DNA of 64,000 bases, taken from NCBI RefSeq assembly GCF_009914755.1, contig NC_060931.1. The stretch is one strand, 5' to 3'. Made by a program: the position numbers and the translations under genes. The DNA comes from the human T2T-CHM13v2.0 reference genome, Homo sapiens. The notes under the pieces were generated by a model that saw only the letters and a program-made list of their open reading frames with translations, was not told the origin of the DNA and did not search any database. This document shows, piece after piece, positions 40,078-51,089 of the stretch; position 1 is the first letter of the stretch; each line of letters opens with the position of its first letter.

Positions 40078-43000
40078 AAATGAGTCTAATCATAACAAAC
40101 ACATTTACTAAGGATGAAACCAGTGCAAAACTTACCAGAGCATCTGGGTACCCTTGGTTCCTGAGCCAAGGAAATAAAGATCAGCACAAATTCTATTTCT
40201 AAGATGGTGCTGCATGTGTTGGAAAAAAGTACTGTGGTAAAAAATATGATTCTATGTTTATCAGAGCCTCCTTCATTTTACAGAAGAAAACAGATCAGTC
40301 TTCTCTCCCAGGGAAGGCTTGTCCCCACAGCCTGGCTAGACTGTTTTATGTCTTGCTACCCCTATTCCAACACAGGTGGAAAGTAGACCTTAAAATAAAA
40401 GAAGCGGACAAAGAACTTGCTAAGCTTCCACATACAACATATGCACATTTGTAGAAAATAAAAGGTATGTTTAGGGGGAAAACTGGGGCTGTTTAAGTTA
40501 AGAGTGCTGAGGGAATGAGTAACCCATTGCTTGATGTCTGGCCATTTAAAAGGCTCTGCACAATTCGTTTTTCATCTGTAGTGCAACAATCCATATTTGT
40601 CTCTGATGCTGCCAGGGAAAATATACTAGTGCAGCCTAAGAATACTATTTAAAAGTGAAAGAAACAACCACTATTTAATTATCTTGTTTTTTCTTACAGT
40701 TATAAAGGCTGATGTTACTTAAAATCTCAAAAGCTCTTTCCCTGCTTTCCCTCAGAACCATTGTAAACATCAACTATTGTTTACAAGATGTAACCTATTA
40801 CTTTGAAATATCATTTTATTATTTTTAAATGAGGTAATTTGCAATTCCCTGTACCATCATAGGTGTCTCGTTCTGAGCCTCCTTGAAAAGGAAATTTATA
40901 AAATAATAACACAGTGTGTTTTTTGTGTGACAATACAATTTATTTTTAACAAATCGATGCTGCACTTTAACCTTCTGATTGTTTACCTTTTATGTATCTA
41001 TTAGACACAGAAACTGCATTATAGAGTATTTTAGCTCTCTACTGATAAACAGGAAGAAAGAAATGAAACTCCTTATAAAGGGCATTCATTCAGAAGTATA
41101 ATTAATATTCTCTTCCCTTGTTAAAAATAATAGCTGTTTTCTGTTTGTTCCTTTTCATTTCAATTAAACTATCCTTAGTGTTTCATATAGAGGAAGGTTT
41201 CCTTTTGTTCATTTTTTTTTTCTTTTTGCCACTAGAAAGCAACATTTGAACTTCCTCCTAATCTAGTAGTATTGGCTATAACATGCTTGGGTACAGCAAC
41301 TAATATCAAAGCCCACTTTCTATATTTTTGGCAATTATTCTAAATAATATGTTCTTATATTCAGGGCACTTTTAAAAACTATTTCAAATAGGCTAAATAC
41401 ATTAATTAAATGGTTCTCAAGATTGTTTCTCAATCCAATTCCCACCACTCTGTGAAGCTCCAGAGGTCTTTTCAATTCCTTGAAGAGTTCTGCCATTTAT
41501 TCTGAAATTATGAAATTATAAGACAGAAGTGCGAGTTTCTCACAGTCATTAATGTGTTAAAGGAGATGTACACTAGAGGCGATCCTTAAAGTTTAAACTT
41601 AGAATTATTGATAGCTATAAAAGCACTCGCTCAAAACCACCTAACCTTCTTAGCTGGTTAAAAGAGTATAATCCTCTCAGTTATTAGAAGACCTTTGAAG
41701 TGAAACACAGAAACTCAGCCCTTCTGCCTGTTTTTAAAACTCTCCTTGACTATAGACTAAATCACAGGGCAGTGTGGGCTGAGCCCTGTCTGTGCAGTGA
41801 GCAGCAGATTACTTTACTTGAACTTTGCTCCAGTCAGGACATTTTAAGGCTTATAAATCTTGAATCCATCTAAGTTCACCTTAAATTAGCCTTGCAAAAA
41901 CACACTCCAAACTCCAGTTGTCAGCCTGGTGGCTTTTGGCCAGATGCCACTCGGCAGCCAAAACACTGATTAATTGTCATCTTCTCTTTCTCTCTTTTTT
42001 TTTTTTTGTCTTAGACACAATTTTTAAGGGGGAGAAAAAAGAATATGCAAACAAATTTGATTTGGGTAGCAGCTATAGCTGAATAATGGTATTGTTAGCA
42101 GGTACATTTTATATTTAAAATTTATTTGATTAAAATAGAGAGCCAGGCAGCTTAGCTGTGTATATATATTCAATAATGCCATCTACTGCACAAGAAATCT
42201 GGAGCTGGGCCAAGAAGCCATGCCAAGATACAACAGATTTTTCAATTTTCCAGCAAATAGAAACAAAATACTGGTTTCAGAAGGTGTACTCAACAAACAC
42301 TTCCCAATGTGTTTCTGATTTGTGGTCAGAATGTTTTTACTGCTGGTGCCCTGCACTTTTGAGACATTTATTTCCTAAAAGAAAGATTCCTTTCTATAAA
42401 CCTCAACTGTCTGTTTTTCAAAGCAATTTAAAATCAAACACACAAATAAAATTCTTAACATATGGAAACCTTCATATAAGGCCTTACATATTCAGAGTTA
42501 AAATTGTTTTATAAACTGTAATGCTTTGCAGATGAAAATACAGAAAGGATGACTGTTTTTAGCACTAATGCTTTTTGACAGCGTTAAACCTTGTTTTAGT
42601 AATTGACATCAAAATGTTTGGTGGTTTTAAATGGACTATTAATAAAAATGGCATGTTTTAAGTTTTTTAGAAATTGTGCTTAATACTGTGAAGTGGGATA
42701 AAATTGCAAATGTAATTCAGTGTTTTTATTATTAAAAAAAAATCTTTATAACAAAACAATCCTGATTCTTCTCCCATGTCTCCAGAGAAACTTCTGAAGC
42801 TCAAAGCGAGAAAACTTTTCCTCCTTATCCATCCTCAGATTCTCTACTGAAATTGACCTTCTACAGGTCCCAGTTTGGAAAAAGACAAAACAAAACAAAA
42901 CAAAACAAAACAAAATTGAAAAAAAAAACTAGCATCTTTTGCCATGAGTCCCTAGATGGCTGCTAAATTCAACTGGATCCCATGGCACCATGAAAATGTA

Positions 43001-43556
43001 CTCAAACATCTCTATTATGAACTTGGAAAAATAAACAATATTAGAAGACTTGAATTTTTGTGCCACCTCTGTCATAAATCATGTTGTACCCAGCAAACCA
43101 CCTAAAACTTTTCTGATATGCAAAAGGGAAATAATAATATTTACTCTGCCAATATGGAAAGACTATTGGGATGAGATTATGAAATACTCTGTGAAAATCT
43201 TGGTAATGAAGGCAAAATTATTTAATTTAATTTAAGGCAGCAAGCATCTACCAAGCACCTATCAGCTCTCATCTACAATGCACGGAAGAGACGAAATGGA
43301 CATGAACATGATGAATCTTACCCTTGTGGAAATTTTGAAGAATGAATTGAATGAAAGTAGAATATAGTCTGAAGTTCAATCTAGAGATTCATTTGGTTCA
43401 TAGGGAAAAAACAATGAGAAAAGAAATGAGGGAAGAAAATGGCACTGTGTGTTTCTGGAACTTGAAATGATGCAGCATTGCAGTTTGAAGATAGATTGGT
43501 AGGCAGAAGCAAATATGACTGAGTTTATGGTACATAAAGAAACATTGTAAAAGATT

Positions 43557-43690
43557 GTCATTCATTTATTCATTCAACAAATATTTATTGAGTGCCTGTC
43601 ATGACCCCGGACTATACTAGTTGGTCAATAAACAAAGGTGAAATAAAAATATCTACTCCTCTACCTCCTTGTATTCATATCTAGGGTTGG
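43557..43690 (-). mobile_element. L2 3' end
   Basis: 'cattcatttattcattcaacaaatatttattgagtgcct'. Confidence 0.75.
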
Positions 43691-43735
43691 AGACCTTGGA
43701 TCTGATTAAATAGGAAATTCGAAAGATGTAGTTCA

Positions 43736-43874
43736 GGCCAGATGTGGTGACTCATGCCTGTAATCCCAGAACTTTGGGAGGTCAAGGCAGGAGGATTGCT
43801 TGAGCCCAGGAGATTGAAACTACCCTGGGCAACATAACGAGACCCTACCTCTAATTTAAAAAAAAAAAAAAAAA
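43736..43874 (+). mobile_element. FLAM-type Alu monomer
   Basis: Single left monomer plus poly(A); TSD ATGTAGTTCA (43726-43735, 43876-43885). Confidence 0.9.
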
Positions 43875-44127
43875 CATGTAGTTCACATTTCCTAGAGACT
43901 ACTCTGATTTCAATGTGGGCCGTGGACTCCAGGGATGAGAAATGGAGATTGATGTTAGTACACAGGCCTTTCTTTCTCCCGCCTCTGGGTTCCTCTGTGC
44001 CCACTTTCTACTTCGTTGCTAAGCTTTTTATTATGTTGATAAAATCAATGGGAGTGATAAAACTGCCAAACTGGATAGCACAAGGATAACGAAGAGGATT
44101 TACTTTAGAAATGGACAGAACTATTAG

Positions 44128-44484
<357 letters not shown>

Positions 44485-45660
44485 CAGCTTATGTTTTTAG
44501 AAGTGTTTTAAGTTAGAGATTGAGATGTTAGAAGGAAGAAATTTTGAGATGAGTAGCTGCTGTCCATATAAAGGATACTGAGAATGGCAGATATGAAAAA
44601 GAAATATTTAAATGGTATAAAGAAATGCAAACACTGACCTTGATTATTCTTCAAATTTTATTAGAAAAACAAAGGAACATGGTGGAGACAATGCTGAGAC
44701 TGGAATTCTGATTTGGGAAGGAATGTAGACCTCAGAAACTGATGTTTCAGGCTGAGACCCAGACATTTGTGTTTGCTAACATGAAAAGAAGTATAAAAAA
44801 TTTTCTTAGGAATTTATATCAGTCAACAAATACTGAGGAATTTTAGAGTACAGAGATCTCATTCTCAAGGAGACTACATTTTAATAGGGCTGGTATTTGT
44901 AACAATGTAACATGTTTTAAAAATTAAGATTAAATATAGTAGCTCAACTAGTCTTTTCCCAAAGTATATATATTTCAAAACATATTGCGCATGATAAATA
45001 TATATTTTTATTTGTCAATTAAAAATCAAAAAATATAAAACAATATAATTGACAAAAAATTTATATATTTATAGTATACGTTGTAATGTTTCAATATATG
45101 TATACATTGTTACATGGCTAAATCAAGCTAATAAGCATATCCATTGCCTCACATACTTATTTTTTTGGTGAGAACATTTAAGATCCACTCTCTTAGCAAT
45201 TTTCAAGTATACAATACATTATTATTAATATTAACTATAGCTACCATACTGTATAATATATCTCCTGAACTTCTTCACCTAAGTAAAACTTCAAACCCTT
45301 TGACCAACATCTTCTCATCAGCCCTCCCTCACCCTTGACTGTGGCAACCACCATTCGACTCCCTGCTTCTAAGAGTTCAACTTTTTTAGATTCCACATAT
45401 AAATGAGGTCATGCAGTATGTATCTTTCTGTGCCCAGCTTATTTCACTTAGTGTAATATCCTCCAGTTTCATCCATGTTGTTGCAAATGAGGATTCCCTT
45501 CATTTTTAAGCTGAATAGTATTCCATTTTGTATATATGTCACATTTTCTTTATCCATTCATCCACTGAGAGACTCTTAGGTTGACTCCATATCTTGGCTA
45601 CTGTGAATAATGCTGCAATGAATGAAGGAGTGTAGATTATCTCTTAAACATAATGATTTC

Positions 45661-46100
45661 TTTTTTATTATAATTTTTATTTTAGGTTCAGGGAGTACAT
45701 GTGCAGGTTTGTTATATAAGTAAACTCTTATCATAGGTGTTTGGTGTATAGATTATTTCATTGCCCCGGTAATAAACATAATACTCAATAGGCATTTTTT
45801 TCTGATTCTCTCCCTCCACCCATCTTCCACCCTCAAGCGGACCTTGATGTCTGTTGTTCCACTCTTTGTGCCCATGTGTTCTCATTGTTTAGCTATCACT
45901 TATAAGTAAGAACATGCAGTATGTGTTTTTTTTGTTCTTGTATTAGTTTGCTAAAGCAATGGCCTCCAGCTCCATCCATGTTGCTGCAAAGGACATGATC
46001 TCTTTTTTTTTGATGGCTTTGTAGTATCCCATGATGTATATGTGCCACATTTTCTTTAGTTTATTGTTGATGGGCATTTAGATTGATTCTATTTCTTTTC

Positions 46101-46131
<31 letters not shown>

Positions 46132-46300
46132 GAGACGGAGTCTTGCTCTATTGCCCAGGCTGGAGTGCAGTGGCAATTTCGACTCACTCAAGCTCCGCCT
46201 CCCAGGTTCACGCCATTCTCCTACCTCGATTCTATTTCTTTACCATTGTGAATAGTGCCACAATAAATATATATTGGTAGCATAACATGTGTCTTTATGG
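45661..46300 (-). mobile_element. L1PA/L1PB 3' fragment nested in L1MA
   Basis: 'ggttcagggagtacatgtgcaggtttgttatata'; flanked by approximate TSD cat..tgatttc. Confidence 0.85.
46099..46227 (-). mobile_element. 5'-truncated AluY nested in L1P
   Basis: TSD GATTCTATTTCTTT (46085-46098, 46228-46241). Confidence 0.92.
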
Positions 46301-46559
46301 TACAGCATGCTGATTTCATTTCCTTTGTTTGTATAACCAGAAATGGGATTGTTAAAGTGGCAGTTCTAGTTTTAATTTTTTTGAGGAAATTCTATAATAT
46401 TTTCCATAATAGATGTGCTAATTTACATTCCCACTAACCATACACAACAGTTCGCTTTTCTTCACATCCTCGCCAACATTTGGTATCTTTTGTCTTTTTA
46501 ATAATAGCCATTCTAACAGCTATGAAGTGATATCTCTTGCTGCTATGTAAGTAAGTCAT

Positions 46560-47140
46560 GGTGCAGGGAGGAGGGTATTGTAAAGACCAAGCAACCAGTT
46601 GGGAGGACAATGGTGCAGTCCAATTTACTGGTGGCTTGGGAAGATGTGTGTGTTTGAATGGAAAGAGGGTGGGTATAAGGTAGGAAGTCCAGAGTTTTGT
46701 GTTAGTCATGATAAATTGATCATGACCTGTTAGATATCAATATAAGAAGAACAAAATGTCTACTTAGGAAAGATCTGGGTGAGAGGTGTAAATTTGAACT
46801 TCATCAGAACAAAGATATTATTTGAAGCAAAGACTGTAGAAAGAGAAAGGAAAAGGTGAAGAACAGAGACCTGAAAAATTCTGACATTGAAAAGTCTGGC
46901 ACAGAAGGGAAAACAAGGAAAAGAAATTGAGGAAAAGTCACCTTGAGTAGAAGATGGATTAAGAATAAAGGAGTAGTCAAATAGTTTATATACTGGTGAA
47001 AGGTCATAAAAATAAAAGCCGAAAATTGTTATTGGCTTGTCAAGATGAAGACAATTGATGACTTTGACAAAATTCACTTAGTACTGTCATGGGGATGACT
47101 GAACTGAAGATGGAAGGAGTTGAAGTAGCAACAGTGCAAA
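46560..47140 (-). mobile_element. L2 remnant
   Basis: Purine-rich antisense L2 motifs ('tgatgactttgacaaaa', 'gtgtaaatttgaacttcatcag'). Confidence 0.6.
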
Positions 47141-47437
47141 TAGACTCTCTGCCAGCCACTCTATCAATTAAAGGGATTTTACTCCATTCAAAGGGATATT
47201 CTTCCACTCATACATGCCCTGCATGCCATTTCCTCTCCCTTTCTCTTGGAATTTGCCTCTACGATATTTCTCTCTCAGCCCCGAAACATTAATTTCTCAT
47301 TCATGCAATGAAACCTTCCTAATTAAGCCAGTATAACATGGCTTAATTTTCACTTATCTTAAAAATATTTCCCTTAATCGTACTTTTTCATTCCAATGAC
47401 TGCCCTAGTTTTCTACTTTTTTTCTGTCCAAATTACA

Positions 47438-48186
47438 GGGTGAAAATCGGGTTTTAATCCACATCAAATTTATCAAGAAATTAGACTTACCCTTAGAAAG
47501 AGGGCAGAAACATGACCCCCTGGTGGATTTTGTGCCTACCATGGGTCAGGTAGGCTGAAGAACAACTGGAATAGATTAATTGCCAGCATAAACACAGGAT
47601 CAGGAATTCACAGGGATTACCATTCCAGGATTAGAGAAGAATCCGTTTGCCTCATGATTGGAACATGCTGCTGAAATTCTACAGAAGTGGCAGGCATCAG
47701 AGGCAGAGAAATGTTGAGTATTGAAGTCAAAATCCAAAGACCCAGTACTAGAGAAAATTCGTGGACTCAAGACCACCAGGATCTCCATCATGGTGACTGA
47801 CTGTTTTGTAGTTGTTAAAAAGCAGAGCAGAGAATGTCTGAAACTCATGTGTTAAATGCCTCATTGTGCACCAATGAACAAAGAATACTCCCTCACATTA
47901 AAAAAAAAATCAGATTTGAGAGACAGCCATTACAGTCCACACAACAGAAATTCAGAATAATTTGGAGTTGGCTCTTTTGTGAGGATTTGCAGTAAAAAAT
48001 TGGACAGTCTTATCTGTCATCTTAAAACTGAAGGACCCTTAGTTTTCTCACTATTGGCAAAGTTAGCTAATAGACCTAAGAAGGAAGAAAGACAACCATG
48101 GATGCCCTCAAGAACGGAAATTGAGTTCATGAAGCACTGCAGGTAGAGATGAACCTCCTGAAATAAGCCCTTCAGCAGGAGAGCTC
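47438..48186 (+). pseudogene. Decayed PNMA/MOAP1-family (Ty3/Gypsy gag capsid) sequence, 5' part
   Basis: Frame from 47460: HIKFIKKLDLPLERGQKHDPLVDFVPTMGQ...FTGITIPGLEKNPFAS*LEHAAEILQKWQASEAEKC*VLKSKSKDPVLEKIRGLKTTRISIMVTDC; shifted frame at 47851: VKCLIVHQ*TKNTPSH*; at 48021: LKTEGPLVFSLLAKLANRPKKEE. Colinear with recalled PNMA2/MOAP1 motifs. Confidence 0.8.
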
Positions 48187-48190
48187 CTAG

Positions 48191-49233
48191 TGTATCTGGA
48201 ATTGGTGGGTTCTTGGTCTCGCTGAGTTCAAGAATGAAGCCGCGGACCCTGGCAGTGAGTGTTACAGTTCTTAAAGATGGTGTGTCCGGAGTTTGTTCCT
48301 TCAGATGTTCAGATGTGTCCAGAGTTTCTTCTTCTGGTGGGTTCATGGTCTCACTGACTTCAGAGTGAAGCTGCAGACCTTCACGGTGAGTGTTACAACT
48401 CATAAAGGCAGCACAGACCCAAAGAGCGAGCAGCAACAAGATTTATTGTGAAGAGAAAGAACAAATTTTCCACAGCCTGGAAGGGAACCCCAGCTGGTTG
48501 CCAGGGCTCCGTCGGGTAGCCTGCTTTTATTTCCTTATTCAACCCCACCCACATCCTGCTGATTGGTCCATTTTACAGAGAGCTGATTGGTCCATTTTGA
48601 CAGGGTGCTGATTGGTGCATTTAGAAATCTCGAGCTAGACACAGAAGGCTGATTGGTGCATTTACAATCCTTCAGCTAGACACAAAAGTTCTGCAAGTCC
48701 CCACTAGATTAGCTAGACACAGAGTACTGATTGGTGCATTTACAAACCTCTAGCTAGACACAGAGTGCTGATTGGTGGATTCACAAACCTTTAGCTAGAC
48801 ACAGAGTGCTGATTGGTGCATTCACAATCCTCCAGGTAGACAGAAAAGTTCTCCAAGTCCCTACCCGTCCCAGAAGCCCAGCCGGCTTCACCTCTCACTG
48901 GCACTCGCCTGTGGCGCCTAGCCCGGGCACTCCGGCAGCCCAGTTGGAGCTCCTCCCGCAATCAAGCCCAGCAGCTGCTGGCCAGCCACGCCCAGTGTGG
49001 GGCCGCCAAGCCCCCGCCCACCCGGAACTCTTGAAGGCCTGTGAGCGCCACCAGAAGCCCCGGCTCCCGCAGGCGCCTCTCGCTCCACACCTCCACGCAA
49101 GCAGAGGGAGTCGGCTCCAGCCTCGGCCAGCCCCAGAGAGGGGCCCCCACAGTGCAGTGGCGGCCAGAGCGGATGCCGAGGCCCAGGAGAGGCCGAGAGT
49201 GAGCGAGGGCTGCTAGCACGTTGTCACCTCTCA
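48191..49233 (-). mobile_element. ERV9 LTR12 solo LTR (LTR12D-like)
   Basis: Minus strand begins TGAGAGGTGACAACGTGCTAGCAGCC and ends ...CCACCAATTCCAGATACA; 4-bp TSD CTAG at 48187-48190 and 49234-49237. Confidence 0.96.
48442..48820 (-). promoter_or_regulatory. LTR12 promoter: 7 CCAAT (NF-Y) boxes, several at 41-bp spacing; AATAAAA TATA-like box (48531-48525); poly(A) signal (48447-48442)
   Basis: CTGATTGG at ~48559, 48583, 48608, 48649, 48727, 48768, 48809. Confidence 0.8.
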
Positions 49234-49237
49234 CTAG

Positions 49238-49380
49238 TAAGTACCGATAATCAGGTTTCCCACTCTCCGCCAGGAAATCTCCTAAAATCAACTTAGATCA
49301 AGTTTGGAGAATGAGCCTACCAATTTTTTTCCAGTGTAGCAAGAAAGATCACAAACAGAATAGCAATGACTACTAATGCT
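49238..49380 (+). pseudogene. 3' part of the gag remnant with degenerate CCHC zinc knuckle
   Basis: 49320-49376 translates PIFFQCSKKDHKQNSNDY* (Cx2Cx4H spacing, first C>F by TGT>TTT). Confidence 0.5.
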
Positions 49381-49601
49381 GTCTCTGGCCCTTTGCAGAC
49401 ACCAGAAGAGGTGGAGATGGTCCATATTTACAACATTTGTTGCAGACAATGAGACAAATTTAGTCCATACTCCACAAATTGCCAGAAGTAATGTTATTTG
49501 ACCCAACAGGAGGGAGAAAGCGGAATTTGTGTGGAGAGTAAGATGCTGATGTTTGGATGTGCAGAGAAGAGTTTCCATATAGCAGGAAAAGGTATCATTA
49601 A

Positions 49602-49952
<351 letters not shown>

Positions 49953-51089
49953 TAATACACTGACCCCTTCTTTGCTTTACCCCACAGCCCTTTTTCCTTT
50001 CTCTCCAGCTTGTAAGGAAGAGTCTAGATATTCCCACATAGCACTAAGTTCTTCTAAGGGACAATACTGGAAAAAGAAGAAATCACAAGCTGGGTAAAAA
50101 GATATACCAGAGTTTAGTTTTGAGAAGGGATGCAGTGCTTGAGAGAAGAAGCTATCATCCACATGAACCATGAGGTAAAGAGACAGAGATTGGATGGAGG
50201 AATTTAAAATATAATTCCTTTTTATTAGTAATATTCTTTCTGTCCTTTGGTATTTATTAAAATATTGAGTAGATTATAACTGATTAGATGAGATTAAAGG
50301 TTCTGGGCTTTGTTTTGCTTTTTGTTTCTTGATTGCTGTTTCTTTGAATGTAATTCCATATGGTAACTAAGGTCCCATTTTTATTTTGATTATATTCTTG
50401 ATAATCCAAACAAGATAAAATAAGGAACTAACCTAGGCTGTCGCTGTAATAATTTTGAGAATGGGATACAATGAATATTTACATATTTCATTAGACAGAA
50501 TAAGATAATTGCCTTGGACATAAGGAAAGAAGAGAAAGAAATAATCTAAGATGATTACCTAGGTTAGTCGATTGGCTCAGTGAGAATAGCAACAACTACG
50601 GGATTTGAGGAAGAAAACTAATAACCTAAGTTGAAGACAACCAGTAGGCAATGGGATATCAATGTTTGCAGCTTATGGCAGAGTCAGAGCCAGAACTTCC
50701 CCTGCATGCTGGTGAAAAATAAACCCATGGGAAGAGATGAGATTCCCTAAGGCAGACGAATCAGTTAGGATCTCTAGAGGAATCCAAGGGCACCCTGAGA
50801 TAGTTAATTGGACAATTGTTAATTAAAATTCTAAAATGTTAGCCACAATTAATATTCTTCAGATAATGTAGCAGTGCAAAATAAAGAAAATAGCTATCAA
50901 CTATTAGTAATAACATAAGTTATGTTATCATTAGCATAACAACTATGCTATGATTCTTTGCTTTCCTTATCCTGTGCCAGCCCTTTTACCTATGCAGAGT
51001 TTTGGATCTGATGGAGTGACTCATACGTTTATTCTCATAGATTCTAAGCAATTGATGGTCATGTCTTAGCACATGGATTAGCACTGTTT

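Larger units (their letters stand above)
45045..46540 (-). mobile_element. L1MA 3' end hosting nested L1PA/PB and AluY
   Basis: 'gtgagaacatttaagatccactctcttagcaattttcaag'; host resumes after 46300 ('acattcccactaaccatacac'). Confidence 0.85.

Noticed and set aside
42158-42514. 118-aa ORF in unique DNA
   Set aside because: GTG start, AT-driven composition and no recognisable domain.
48555-48830. Regularly spaced 41-bp repeats resembling a CRISPR array
   Set aside because: They are LTR12 U3 tandem repeats with no unique spacers and no cas genes, in eukaryotic DNA.
48017-49291. Longest ORFs (140, 136, 109 aa) and CpG-rich patch around 48-49.3 kb
   Set aside because: They lie within or across the LTR12, so they are neither a gene nor a gene-associated CpG island.
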